A DNA stretch of 64,000 nt, from NCBI GenBank assembly GCA_040954595.2, contig CM082591.2, forward strand, positions 3,090,259 through 3,154,258, in the 5' to 3' direction. The stretch's first letter is position 1. Each line of letters opens with the position of its first letter. This stretch comes from Balanoglossus misakiensis. Taxonomy: Eukaryota > Animalia > Hemichordata. The notes beneath the pieces were generated by a model. It did no database searches. It had not been told where the DNA came from and was given only the letters and a program-made list of their open reading frames with translations. Shown piece after piece: positions 33,658-64,000 of the stretch. The position numbers and the translations under genes are program-made.

Positions 33658-36600
33658 TGGGTCAGGAAAAACAAAGCATCAACATCCAAAGAATTGGCCG
33701 CTGGGCAAACGAGGCCCCACAAATGCAATTAACCCCCCGAGGGCAATGCAGCTAAGATGTCATGCCAAACACCTGTCTGCCTAGACAAGACATGGAATAA
33801 TTGAGTATAATTAACGCAATAACAGAAACAAATTTATGGCTGGCAGATCCTTCAGATACAAGCCACATGGGAGATGCAGGGTTTCAGTTTAAAAAGGGGG
33901 ATCTGGACTGTGTTAAGGTTTTACAGTAGCACAGATTGAATAAAAGAATCAACCACTAATTGACTTTGGATTAATCAACAGGGATTTGTGCCACATTTCA
34001 TTAATCTAAATCCATTGAATTGTGTAAAGTCAGTGATTTTGGGGTAAGCGTTTCTTTCACCAAATCCCAAATATTTTGACTTGAACTTGTCAACCGTTTA
34101 AACCACACACAAATTCTAAAAATGTCACGTATGTGTGGATGCTTGCTGGTTTCTACACCATGGTGTGTAAACCACATGCTGTTTTATCAAAATTTGATAT
34201 GTTATTTCAAAATCGATCTTGTGTGAGCAGGTTTATCTGAAAACACCAGCTAGATTCTGAACTTTGAATACGATGAACCAAAACCCCAACCAAACATTTC
34301 ATAAGTTTAGATTCTAGGGACTGTTTTGAAATTTAGAAACAGGCCTAGGTTTTACTAGAGTTTGTCACCACAAAACAAAGATACCATGCTTGCAGCTATC
34401 TCGCCTGAAAATTGCTTTTCAGAACTTTTTAATCAAATTAAATGTTTTTAGAAGAGATCAACTGAATGTGATTGTTCGGAGTTAATTTCTATTTTCATTG
34501 AAACACAGTGGCGGCTAGTAGGTGAGGTGTGCGTGCCTTGAAACAAAAAAGTTTTTGGTTTTCAGAGTTTGCAAAGTAAACATCGGTGTTTATTAGAAGG
34601 CCAGCCGCAAAAATAGGCTGTGTTTGTGTCTGTGTAATTAGTATTGATTTGGTCTTACTTCCAACAGAGAGGCTTTTTTCGGTGATGGCGCTGATGAAAT
34701 CACTGGAGAGGTAGACAAAAGTTGTGGAATGACAACAATTCTCATTCAGGATTCAAGGGATTAATTCAACCTGTGGAATCTGTCGGTTGTTTTTTATCTG
34801 CAGCAGAAGTGTTGTAATGTACAAGCTACATAAACATCTATTGTACACCTGTGTGTGCGCACCGGCAAGTCAGGAAGACAATCGGGAAGGAGGGGGGATC
34901 GGAAATTCGGCAGCTGCTTCTACAGAGGGTAAAGTTTGACTTCCCCCCAGAGGATGTTTCTTACATTTAAGAGATCAATTCTTTGACTAATTGTCTTGTT
35001 GAAATTGCAAGGACTATACAGCAGACAATAAAAGGAGTCGGTTGTAATTATGGGTCCTTGATTCTCAAAGCCGGCATCGGCACTTTGACAATGATGTCAG
35101 CAGGGGTCGACAAAAGGGATGCCGAATTTTGAGTGGGCGCTTTCAAAGGACCAGAGCACCTTTGCTCTGCGATGAAGCAAAACCCCGGCCAAAAGGACTG
35201 CTGTAAAACTGAGAGTTTTGTCCACAGAAAGAAGTTCTTGTGATGAGCAGTGCTATTTTGACTTCAGTTCCTTCCGGTACCCATATAGTACTTTTGTCAA
35301 ATCGCCTGAAAGTTCTGTCAATTCCAGTAAGCATTTGTGTGTTTGTCAAAGCCGAAAAAATTGGTCAAAGAAAAGTACATGTAATTCATCGCAATTCAAA
35401 TCAGTGAATTAATCCCTCATAATTGCACTTTGTTCACTATACACAACTTTGAAGTTTAACAACTCTGCTAATTAAAGGACAAGTCCAGTTTAACTGTTAC
35501 GGACTGTTCCGGTGCATTTGGTGTGGTCGTAAAACATACCATTCAAGCTTTTTATTACACAGCCTACCGCCTTCAGTCAATGATGACCTTCATAGAACTT
35601 AATTGGTCTTGATCTTCAATCAGGTGATAAGTTTGATATACTGGTTGGCCTGTGAATGTTAAATAAACTGAATAATTGACACAGACTGAATGTAAAATGG
35701 GAGGTGGGGATAGTCAAATTTGGCATCAAGATTCTAAATTTATGAAAGAAACCGACAGAAAATGGTCGTCATAAAAAGCACCCACGTTATTTTCTGTATT
35801 TCCTACAGTGGATCTATCAGATGCTCGGAAAATTTCTGAAATTTACAGTACAGTATTTAAAAAAATCTTGTTCAAAAGGCCCATAGTATCAAAGGTTTAA
35901 TGGGAGAGGATATAGTCGGCTCCCAAATCACAGACCACACTATTCTGTGTGTGGCTTTATCCTTACCCTGGAAACATGATTGTATTCAATTCAGCATAAT
36001 GGTCACTTCAATAATGCATTGGAGATGAGTAACTATGTGAGATTGGAAATCAATAATTCACAGATACCCTTAAAAAATTCTCGATTTTAATCCATATTAT
36101 TTTAAAAATTCACAGCAGGAGAGATAACCGTGTAACAGTGTGAATGCAATATTTACTGGAAGTCCACACACAAAATTGAAACTGGAGATTCTGTATTTAA
36201 TCCGTATTTCCAACCTGGAAACAAAGCCCCCAACTGATTTTAAGATTACAGTCCTTTGATTCACATGTATTCCATAATCCCTTGGTTCATTATTATCACA
36301 AACAGAGCTGATGAAAATTATGAAGCCATCTCCTTTAACAGTTGCCATAGCTACAGTTGCCTTAGCTACTACTGTGGAATAATCACATTGTGAAAATCAT
36401 TATGCTGAAATACTTGACATGTTGGCTATGTCACTTATAATGTATTGTGTGTAATGTGTACTCCAAGCTTTCGAGCTCAAATGATCGGAGATGCTGTTTA
36501 AACGGAAACAGTTTGCTAAAACACACTGTTTTGAAATGCTTGACAAGTGAGTTATATTTAAACATTATTGATCATAAAGTATGTACAATCAATCACTCAC

Positions 36601-36916
36601 TATTATGTATTGCCTATATAATGGCTCAAATTTCATCTGTACACATTTAGAGTTGTTTAAATATTACACGATAGTAATCTATAACCTCATGGTATTGAAT
36701 TTCATCATTTTTCTTCAGTTTTGATGACCACTTATTGTCACAAAGTGACAGATGATAACTGTAGCTTCATAATTCACTGGTAAGTAAATAGAAATCTTGA
36801 AAAACGATCTCTAGATATTTTAATTTGGGAGTTTAATGGAACAGCTGCCTGCTAGTGCTAACAGTTGAATTGAAAGGACGACTTTAGAGTGAAATTCAAA
36901 TCGCTAAAGCATTTAT

Positions 36917-37105
36917 TTAAGGTAGTACTTGCCTTGAAAAATTAAAGTCTTAAACTTTTCTCATATTTGACTCAAGGCAACATTTATTATTCTCTCTTAA
37001 ACCTGTGATTAAAATTTGGGGGTCACCATAAAAAAATTTGAATGGGAGAGCAAAATTGTTTCAAATTTCATTCTGAGATTCAAAATGGCCGCCAATCTCT
37101 GTATA
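36917..37105 (+). mobile_element. Truncated end of a TTAA-flanked (Kolobok-like) non-autonomous element; a similar-style terminus at 54391
   Basis: Starts TTAA-GGTAGTA and continues ...aaaatttgggggtcacc...ttcaaaatggccgcc. Position 54391 starts TTAA-AGGTATACAGTCACC. The family assignment rests on recognition of terminus style only. Confidence 0.45.
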
Positions 37106-38546
37106 ATACAGTAATGAATACATCAATGTACATACAATTACCTTGAATGTTTTGAGAGATATTCAAAAATAGAAGTCACAATAGGATAATGCAGAACTCA
37201 ATTAAAATAGATACAGAAGAATAAGAGACTCAAAGAAGATATTGTTTTCTCTTCAATTTTAATGACATGGCCTTCAACATCAGACACAATCTAGATACAT
37301 TTGTTTCAATTTATGGCATTCATATTTCTATGACAGACAGTGATTTATGTCAGAAAAACTGCTCAGTTCTCACGTAGCTGGGTGAATTACATCCTTGGTG
37401 GTCATATGATGTAAATTTAATGAGACGGAGCTTCAAAAGAAAATTCGTCTGACTGTTGTAGGGTTTCAAGAAGGATTCGCTCTGTTCCATTGTGTGAGAT
37501 CCAGGCAGAATATTAATTTTTAATAAGGAAAGAGGAGGAAAGCTTGGAAATGTCCTGAAGGATGCTTTCACATCGTGATATGCAGGTAGGGATAGAATAT
37601 TAAATGATGCATGATCACTGAGATTGGTTCTTAAAACTTTTATCAAAGCAAGCCGAACTGGTGGATCAGTCTTTAGTTTGCTTTACACAAAAGCTCACAC
37701 TAATACCAACAGTGTGAACAATAACTTTATTAATCATACAGTGACTGAAAAGGTGAGATGGCGCCTGATGGTTGCTAGGATACCACACCAGCAAGTCAGA
37801 ATGTGCAGGTCGCAGCTGTGTGTGGTCATTGTCAAGTTCTACTGAATGGGAGAAGAACTTGCGCGTGGGTCAAAGGTCGATTCTAAATGCTTTTTACAAA
37901 GAAAGAGAATGGTCTATACACATTGGCACCAGCGAGACTTGAAGTGGAGTTCTCTTGTTAACTTGGGAAATAAATAAATTTGAGTACCCCTGATCACTTC
38001 CACAAAAATGTGATGTTTATCTGTAGTTTGCTAAACTCGCATTCAACATGGTCACTAGGGGGAATTCTGTCATGCATGAAATGGCAAAAAACCCTCACTG
38101 TACAGACCGTTGTATTTTCAGTTAGTCGATGACCGTACATTAAGTATACGTTGTGCAAAGTGTGCCCCTCAAAATCATCAATTGTAAATAGATTAAGATC
38201 AGACACTCACTACTTCTGTTGTTTTTCAACTTTTTGTCTGCGATTTTGCAAACAATGACTTGGCCCCAAAAAGTCTGCAAGGCTGATACAATTCTCTGAT
38301 TTGATTGATGTCATGCACTAAAAATTCCCATTATTTGTATTCAACGATATTTATTTTGGTAAATGTGTTATTTTCAACACTTGGAGGACAGGAGAGAATG
38401 CTGTGGTTTCACTCAAATATGAATACAATAGCTTTGGGTTTTTCTGTATAAAAGACCATCTTCAGAGAAATGATGGGTCTGGGTAAACTTGGAGCCAGAC
38501 CACTTCAGATTTTGACTATGATAAAGCGAACATTCTGTTTAAAATA

Positions 38547-38598
38547 CATAGATAGATAGATACATACATACATACATACATACATACATACATACATA
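38547..38598. repeat. (ATAG)n(ATAC)n compound microsatellite
   Basis: Read directly. Confidence 0.95.
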
Positions 38599-40369
38599 AA
38601 TACAGACATCAGTATAAAATGTAGGACTGTGTCTATTATTTTCAGGGTGGGTCATTCCATTATTGGGGTTAAGTGGGTGGAATGCCTCTTTCAGTGTGTG
38701 TCCCCGATCCCTGTTGAAGAGTTAACAGCACTCTAATAATGCAGAGTTTGACAACACATCCACTTAGCTTTTCTGTCTTGACAAGTCTGTGTTGGTTTTC
38801 AGTTCCAATCACTCGGTGATAGGTGTGTACCAGTTTTATGGAGAGGTCAGACCCTCTGGTCGGGTAACCACACTTGAAAACGGAAATGGTCTCTTTGCCT
38901 TCGGAATGTGTCCTGAAGAGGTGTTTTCATTTGAAATTTATTCAGTTCGTGTCCCTTAACAATGCCCCTCCTGAATATCAGGACCATACACCCACTTTCT
39001 GCTGGTATTAAGGTTTACAGTTTAACTTTAAAACACTATTTTTAGACTCAGGTTTATTTAAGGCAAATAACACAAAACGTGAAACATTCATGGCACACTC
39101 AGGGAAAATTGACATCGTATGAACCTTGCGTCAGTAAACGATCTGTAAAATTCGAAACAATAATGTTCAAAGTGTGCTTTCTATTTCGTTTCCTTCCTGA
39201 CTTGTTGTCATGGTTACAGTTGCCATGGGTGTCTAAGAATAGACTTATATTGTGTACTTTAGGGTATTAAAATAACGTCATCCGAGAGATGAACTTTGGC
39301 ACGATTGCATTCTGTAATTTTACACCAAAAGAAGCTTTTTAAACTTGTTTGATAACATTTCAAAATGCAGTTAAAGCATGGTGTTCTGAGTCCATTAGGC
39401 ACTTGCGCTAATTGGTTTCGCAAATCTGGAGATATACTTTGTTGGCCTTATAATCACCTTGTCACTTTCCCATTATCTCGATATGCGGCGTTAACTTGTT
39501 ACTAACTGGGTTAGCTCCATATCTAAACGTTTTCGCAATCACCTCACGATTTTCTCCATTCAGTTCCAAACACGTTGAAACAAGCCTCAAGCGCCCCTCC
39601 CCTCTATCAGACAAATCACCCTCTTATCAGCCTGACCATCGCCATCCCTCTCCGTGGGGTCGTCTGGGGGTCTGTCGGCGTTAAATCCCCCCAAAACAAC
39701 TTCGTCATGGTCAATTAGATATTTCCGGGGGTTGAGAGAGGGTACAGTGGTTTCGTGTTTTTCACGCTCGTATCCCTCGTTCAGATTTCCTATGCAGCAT
39801 GTGTAGGCCCCGTGGGTAGTCGAAGTGGCACGCTTTGAAATTCAGTATAAAGTTACAGATATGGGCCTAACGCACTCTTTTAGTCGTTCACCAATATCGC
39901 TGATCACCCAGCAAAAAGTCTCAGAGTGTTTTGCAGTCTACAGAGAAAATCTGCTGAATGAAAACATATAGACAGTCTATGATAAAACTTCATTTACAGA
40001 ACATTTTTATATTCTGAATACTGATATTTTTTGTCTTAGAAGGCAACAATTCCAGTTGCTTTGAGTCGCTGCGCTTTTTTTCGTGGTGTTCAACTTGTTA
40101 GACACGATGATCGATGGGAATAACTATCCCACAAATACGGAAAGTAACAAGCTTGTCCATTTCCTCTCATCCATTACAAATATCTTGGCGTGTAACTTGC
40201 ACAACTCCCTCTACGATAATTTTCACTTTCAAGAAAGAAATTTTGTTTTTCTTTTCTGTCTATAACTTTAAAAGTGCACACGACTTGAAAATTATACCAC
40301 TGTTTCAACTCCATGCTGGCCAGGACATAACCTTCGTCGATTTGACTTTGACAACCGTGACTGTTTCCA

Positions 40370-42560
40370 CGGGTGATGACGCGCAGTTATTCAGCCGATG
40401 AATGGTGTTATTGAACTTGCCGCTGTCGTGAACGGCCAGTCTGATTGGTGCAGGCGTCGCCGGACCAGTCCGTCCTGCGTCCGAAAATATCGTTTGGTTG
40501 ATTTTGCTACGCTTGAAAGCTATTAGTCATGCATCATTATCTCTGCGCCGGGAACGGATAAAATATTTGAAACAATGTTGCTTTAACCTTGTGTAAACCC
40601 GAAAATCAAACAACCCCGGTGCCCTGTATCGTTCCCTTTGATCGACATCACATAACCCGCTGATCGGAAGCCGCGCCCCCGTAGTAAGCCGCAGCTTCGA
40701 TCTGATTCGTCCAGAGTTATAACAACGCTGTCAGATGAAATGTTTTATTCATAAGGAAGGACGGGCGGCCTTTCTGTCTGGTAGAATGAGTCAGTCAGTA
40801 TTATTGCTGTCCTTTGACTGTAAAGCAACGGCTATATCAGTTGGCTTTAGAAGTGTGTGCTGTATTATACTTAGCTTTTACTGCACTGCGAGCTGAACCT
40901 AAAACGCGATTCAGTTCCGGAGAGGAAAATACCAGTATACCCGTCTCATCAATATTTGGACAAATCTTAATAGGGAAACTGAACTGGTGATTGGATTTTG
41001 GACTTTAAGCGTTACGGATCTGTCCAAGGTACTATTGGAATATCGTACGTAGAATTTTATCGTCAGTTTGGAGTTGTGAAGCAAATAGGGTACGCTTGAT
41101 CGCCAACTGACGCGAGTAAGCGTCCTTGTTGCTGGCAGCAAGCCATACAGAGCGGTCGCGTTATCCGATTTCTGATGTTGGATAATCTTACTGGAACTAT
41201 CGTTACCATTGTAAGTACGAAAGATGGTTTGATAATTTTAAGTGTGTTGCAGAAAACGCAAGATTCTCTTTCTCAGTCGATTCTAGAGTTATATTAATAC
41301 ACAGCAAGCCCCATTTACCAGTTTAATATCATGTGTAGGCCTTTAGAATCATTGAAACTCCACGCATAAGGAACGATGTAGTATTTCATGTTGATTTCAT
41401 ACTGTGATCACATTTCTAGGTTTGCGCGTAACGGATCTGTTTGACGTTTAAAAAAGTGGACCAAGCGCCTAATATCGTTTTGTGAAACTTATATGTTATA
41501 TTGACTAGTACAAGTCACATAACATCGTTGATAGATGTTAGTAATCGGTCAGGATTTATAGATTGTTTCAGTACCAGGCGAGACGAAATATTTTTTCCAC
41601 ATCGCAACTTTTCTCCATCGGTTAACTAAAAGTCTCGGATCATAAACGAACTCCATTTAGATTTATTTCCTTTTCTTTTCTTAATTTGTTAAAAAGAACT
41701 GTTTTTGTGTGGTTTCATTTCATGGTACATGTATTCTAGATCTATCTCAGGAGTTCTGGATCTTAAAAATCTTTGAGCGATGTCTGACGATCTCATGTAC
41801 ATGTGTGTCAACACGTGGACACCAGTCAATATTTTAGTTCATTACAAGTTCTTCTCACAACTTCCCATTGTGTCGTATTGGTTTGATGTGGAGACTTATA
41901 TTCCCTAAATAACGTGATCGATATTTCCGTTGTTTTTTTCTGACGGAACTGGAATTTCCCGAATTCCATTCACGCCCATCTAGATCCTTACTCACCGCCG
42001 TACATTGTACTCGTAAAGAAAAGATATCGTCTTTGTCGATTTCATTTGCAGGAAAAGGAGGCGCGCGCGTGGGTCGGCGTTTCCCGACTCCTCACAAAAT
42101 GTCAGGATAAACCGGACACAATAATTGTGCAAATCCTTTCGTTTAGTTTTGTATTCACCGCGTTTATTTACCCAGCCTAGCTTCACGCGGACTGGTAACC
42201 CAATATTGAGAGTTGTCCCTAATACCCATTGCATTATAATGACACTGAATACGTTTCTGTGGGTTGCGCGCTATTGGCAAGTGTTATACCGTTTTCACGG
42301 AGTTTTTTCAATGCGTAAGTGGCGATCTTCGCAAACATTTAGATTTCAAGTGGGTAGGTTCGGTTGGATTGAAACCCTAGATGACCGGGGTAGAGTGTCT
42401 GCTTTTCGACCTTGCGGACCACCAGAAAAAAAAAGAGTCATATATGTTAAAACTTATAAACTTAACCACCATATCGAGTCGCTTACAAACGCCGACTTTC
42501 CAGATTATGACGTGTCTCTATTTTTAGCTGTGCGGGGTTCGGTCTTTTTCGTTGTCATAG
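40370..42560. promoter_or_regulatory. CpG-enriched region, candidate promoter(s) for the ABTB gene and possibly an antisense transcript
   Basis: Clearly higher CpG density than the flanks. ATTGG box at ~40444, plus-strand donor T|GTAAGT at 41211, minus-strand donor G|GTGAGT at 41995. The first ABTB coding exon begins at an acceptor (45565), so an upstream exon is required. Confidence 0.45.
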
Positions 42561-45289
42561 TTTCTGACACTTAAGAAATACGTCTGAATGTGAAGGATTA
42601 GCATAACAATCCGAAGAGTTGGCTGAGAAATCACTTGTTGTTTATAAAGACATTTATGTTGTGGTTTCAGAGATGTTTCTTTGTGGTGAAGTTCTGTTTT
42701 TTGTTAAAATGCAGTTTTTAAGTAGAAGTTGCAGAATGAATTTGATAATTGGTGTATCATGCCAACTGAATAATTTATGTGCGAAAATGAAACAATCTAG
42801 TGTTAAGACAGGTCTGAGTGTGGGGGTGTATTTTGGTATTTGGCATTCACTTGGATACATGCGATCTGTGCTGTGAAACGCAGGAATCAAGAACTCCATT
42901 GGAATCTGTGTTTAGTCATCAACTAGCTTGGACAGTGGACGTCGGCGACGATCAATGCCTTTTTGATCTGCCCAGTCAAAGACGGTGCTTGGCTGGAGAG
43001 CTGGCCAGTGCTACAGTAGCAATGTCTTGTGTGCGCAGGGGGCCAACACTCAGTCACACTACACCACATGGGGCTTTTGTCCCAATGGCAATAGTCTAGC
43101 ACATTTCAAGATTCCAGTGACGAGGCCATCCAGATATTTTTCACAGCCTCTAGTGGGGGTACTATGCACTCAGGATTTTGTACTGATTCTGTCCACTTAT
43201 TTAGACAAATAGAAAAAACAAAAGAATTTTCTGACTATAGACTATTAAGGACCATAAGTGACACTGTGTTCCTAAACAAAAGTTCCATTGTCTCAAGTGG
43301 GGAATAAAACAAATATTTACATTTCAATAAAGGTGTGAAGTACAAACCCAGCAATTGTTGGATCTTCACTTAATCTTTCTGTAGCCAATCTATCATATTA
43401 TATCATCTGGGTTGTTTGGTTTTATTGCTTGTTATCGAGAACAGATCAAGGAGATTTTCCTCAATTCCTTTGATCTTTGGAGCCAAAAATATTGAGGAGA
43501 TCTTTGATGATTAGCTTTCTGTGGTTCCTGCTATTGTTAAATAGTGAGAATGCTGGTCAGTGTTTATAAGAATGTCACCCTCAGGGTATATGTGCTAATT
43601 AATAGTATTATAATAGGAGTTCTACCGGAAAATGACCATGAGACTTCCTGTATTATGTATAGGGTTAGTTCAGAGTGTTAAAAGCTCCTGTTGCTGTTCA
43701 CTATATATTGTCCAGATTTTGTTTTGAATTTTATATTTCTTGCTTGAATCCCTGAAGCAATGATGAAATGCCCATTATCTCATCTACACTGTCTTTGTAC
43801 AGTCAGAATTCATTAGTCGACAACAATGGTTACCAGGCTATTTTGAGAAGGGGAACGTGAAACTGAATATACAGAACCAACGAACAGTAATTTTTTTAAT
43901 GTGTGATGTTTTCATTTTTCCTACTATTGTTTCCAGCAATATAAGTTTCATTGAAGTTAAAAAAACTGGAAAAGTTTGATCGTTGGTGTTGTTGAACACC
44001 AAAATGTTACAATTTATTGTCTGATTTTGATAGGGGAAATATTTGCTTACTAAAAGCTTGAATTAGATACCAGCATTGTGCAGTTGCCTGTTTGCGTTTG
44101 CTTGTATCACATGGTAGTTTATACATCACTGTTTGCTTGGGAAGTAAAAACTGCAGCAGTTAAGTATTACAACCAGAACAAATATGACCTATTGTGGGGG
44201 GAATGAAAGAAATATTTGAGTTGCGTTGGTCTGTCAATAAAGTTGAAAATGTTTTGAAAGATTAATTAAAGACTGTATATTTTACGAACAGCTGTGAGAA
44301 GGCAATGATATGGTCAGTGGTGTAGTAACCTAGATATGTTGTATATATAAAAAGTGGCAAATTTACATCTTCAATAAGCGAAGCTTGTAAGTTGTAAACA
44401 TGTTGGCTTACTAAAGTAAGATTTGTGGTGTAGAGTAGCTGTCTGTTGGATGGAATCTATGGCTGTGGTTTTTGGTTTTCTGAGTGATAGATGCATCAAG
44501 AACCGTGACCTTTGACCTCAGATCAGTCCCCCCAGACCCTCAGTTTGATTAGGAGATCAGAGAAGCCCACAAATTACAGGGACAGGTTCTAGGCTGTTGT
44601 GGAAGATGGACAACTACACGTTTTCATTGGAACCCGACCCCCGTCATAGAACTGTCGCAATAAATTTTCGGTGGATTTATCATCCGCCAATGCCAAATGT
44701 GTACAGAATAAGAATGATAGCATAAGCAGACTTGACCCAGACATGACCGAGGAATGCGTCTTGAAATTTCGTTTAAAAGTACTACAGTATATGACAACAC
44801 TTTCTAATAAAGCAATGAATCAGTCAGAATTGTTTTGTTGAAAGGTGACCTCAAAATTTGTATATCCTAATGCAAATATGTGAAATTGTCATTAGTTTGG
44901 AATGTTTTATTGGTAAATTTATACAGAAAGAAAGATGCTGTCATGATGTGACATGTGGCACTGACCTATCGCCATGGTGATGACGTGGATGTTTGCAACA
45001 TCACTGTAATAGATGTGTATTTTTGTCAGTGTCATATGTCGTGTGCGCACAGCTCTTGTAAGTCATTGTGTGGGTTGTAGTTTCGATGAAATGGATTTAT
45101 GGGACGGGAGTTCATGGAAGAATGTGACTGATAAAGGATGACTAAAGAAGGCAGGCGTTGAATGTGTCGTGAATCGCAAGTGCATTGTTACGCTTTTTTC
45201 TTCCTTGGGGCACCAAGATTTTACTCAGAGGCTAGAACAATGTCCTTTGGTTGGAATGTTCAAATCGAAAGACTAGGGATTAGATTTAT

Positions 45290-45396
45290 AAGATAGCTGT
45301 CAATCTTATTGACAGGGGATTTAAATAGATAGCTGTCAGTCTTATTGAGTTGGTCAGTTTGGTAGGAACCAGCAGAGAGAGAGAGAGAGAGAGAGA
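45290..45396. repeat. Short duplication (agatagctgtca.tcttattga x2) followed by a (GA)n microsatellite
   Basis: Read directly at ~45291 and ~45327; (GA)n at 45374-45396. Confidence 0.8.
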
Positions 45397-45674
45397 AGAT
45401 ACAGTTATGGGTGTGAGAAACTACCACAGTGGCGATGCAAACCAACTTTATTCTTGAAGTACACAATACCGGTCTGTTTTCTCAGAACCTGGTAGAATCA
45501 TTCACCCTACAGGTCGAAATGCTCTGTTTATTGACTGTTTATTTTGTCTTGTTTCTCAATTACAGAGATGTGCTGTCGCCTAGCAACCCTTGAGGCTGGG
45601 ATGAGAGTCGGGCGGGCGCAATAGGAGAGTCGGAGAGTGAAATTTGAAGAGGCCCGGGGCATTCCATTCAGAAT

Positions 45675-63878
<18,204 letters not shown>

Positions 63879-64000
63879 GTACGTTTCGTAACCCTTTCAC
63901 CCCCGTGTTTAATGGTTCAATCCAATATGTCGGAAAAGATTTTGGTGTAACCGACCATGCTTCTATTGAAATCAAACGTAAAGTTGAGAAAATAAAAACA

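Noticed and set aside
24500-45500. Conserved microRNA, tRNA or snRNA genes in the gene desert
   Set aside because: Only seed-length matches (tggacgga at ~27929, gtgcattg at ~45180) with no full mature sequence or hairpin, and no cloverleaf seen. An Infernal/Rfam scan would be decisive.

Overview
Intron-containing animal genomic DNA. It is most likely a marine invertebrate deuterostome (acorn-worm-like), inferred from gene content and repeat style and not proven. Seven protein-coding genes were rebuilt by hand from splice sites and exon phases. (1) A minus-strand type II membrane protein with a 54-aa-repeat mucin stalk and a C-terminal Link module. (2) A divergently transcribed, secreted peroxidasin-type heme peroxidase that lacks LRR/Ig domains, ends in a HYR domain, has unusual active-site substitutions and contains a GC-AG intron. 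(3) A short ankyrin protein. (4) Its tandem paralogue, a ~1250-aa protein with an N-terminal membrane anchor, a ~690-aa acidic disordered linker carrying LIR-like motifs, and an ankyrin array. (5) An RFESD-like Rieske protein with two mutually homologous candidate first exons. (6) A minus-strand PI-PLC X-domain protein with a signal peptide. (7) The 5' part of an ABTB2/BTBD11 orthologue (histone folds plus ankyrins), which runs off the right edge. About 21 kb upstream of ABTB and its 12-kb intron are non-coding. They contain repeated RFX X-box-like motifs, orphan exon-like segments, repeat fragments and a fold-back element with an internal 45-bp tandem array. I recognised no rRNA, tRNA, CRISPR array or intact transposase.
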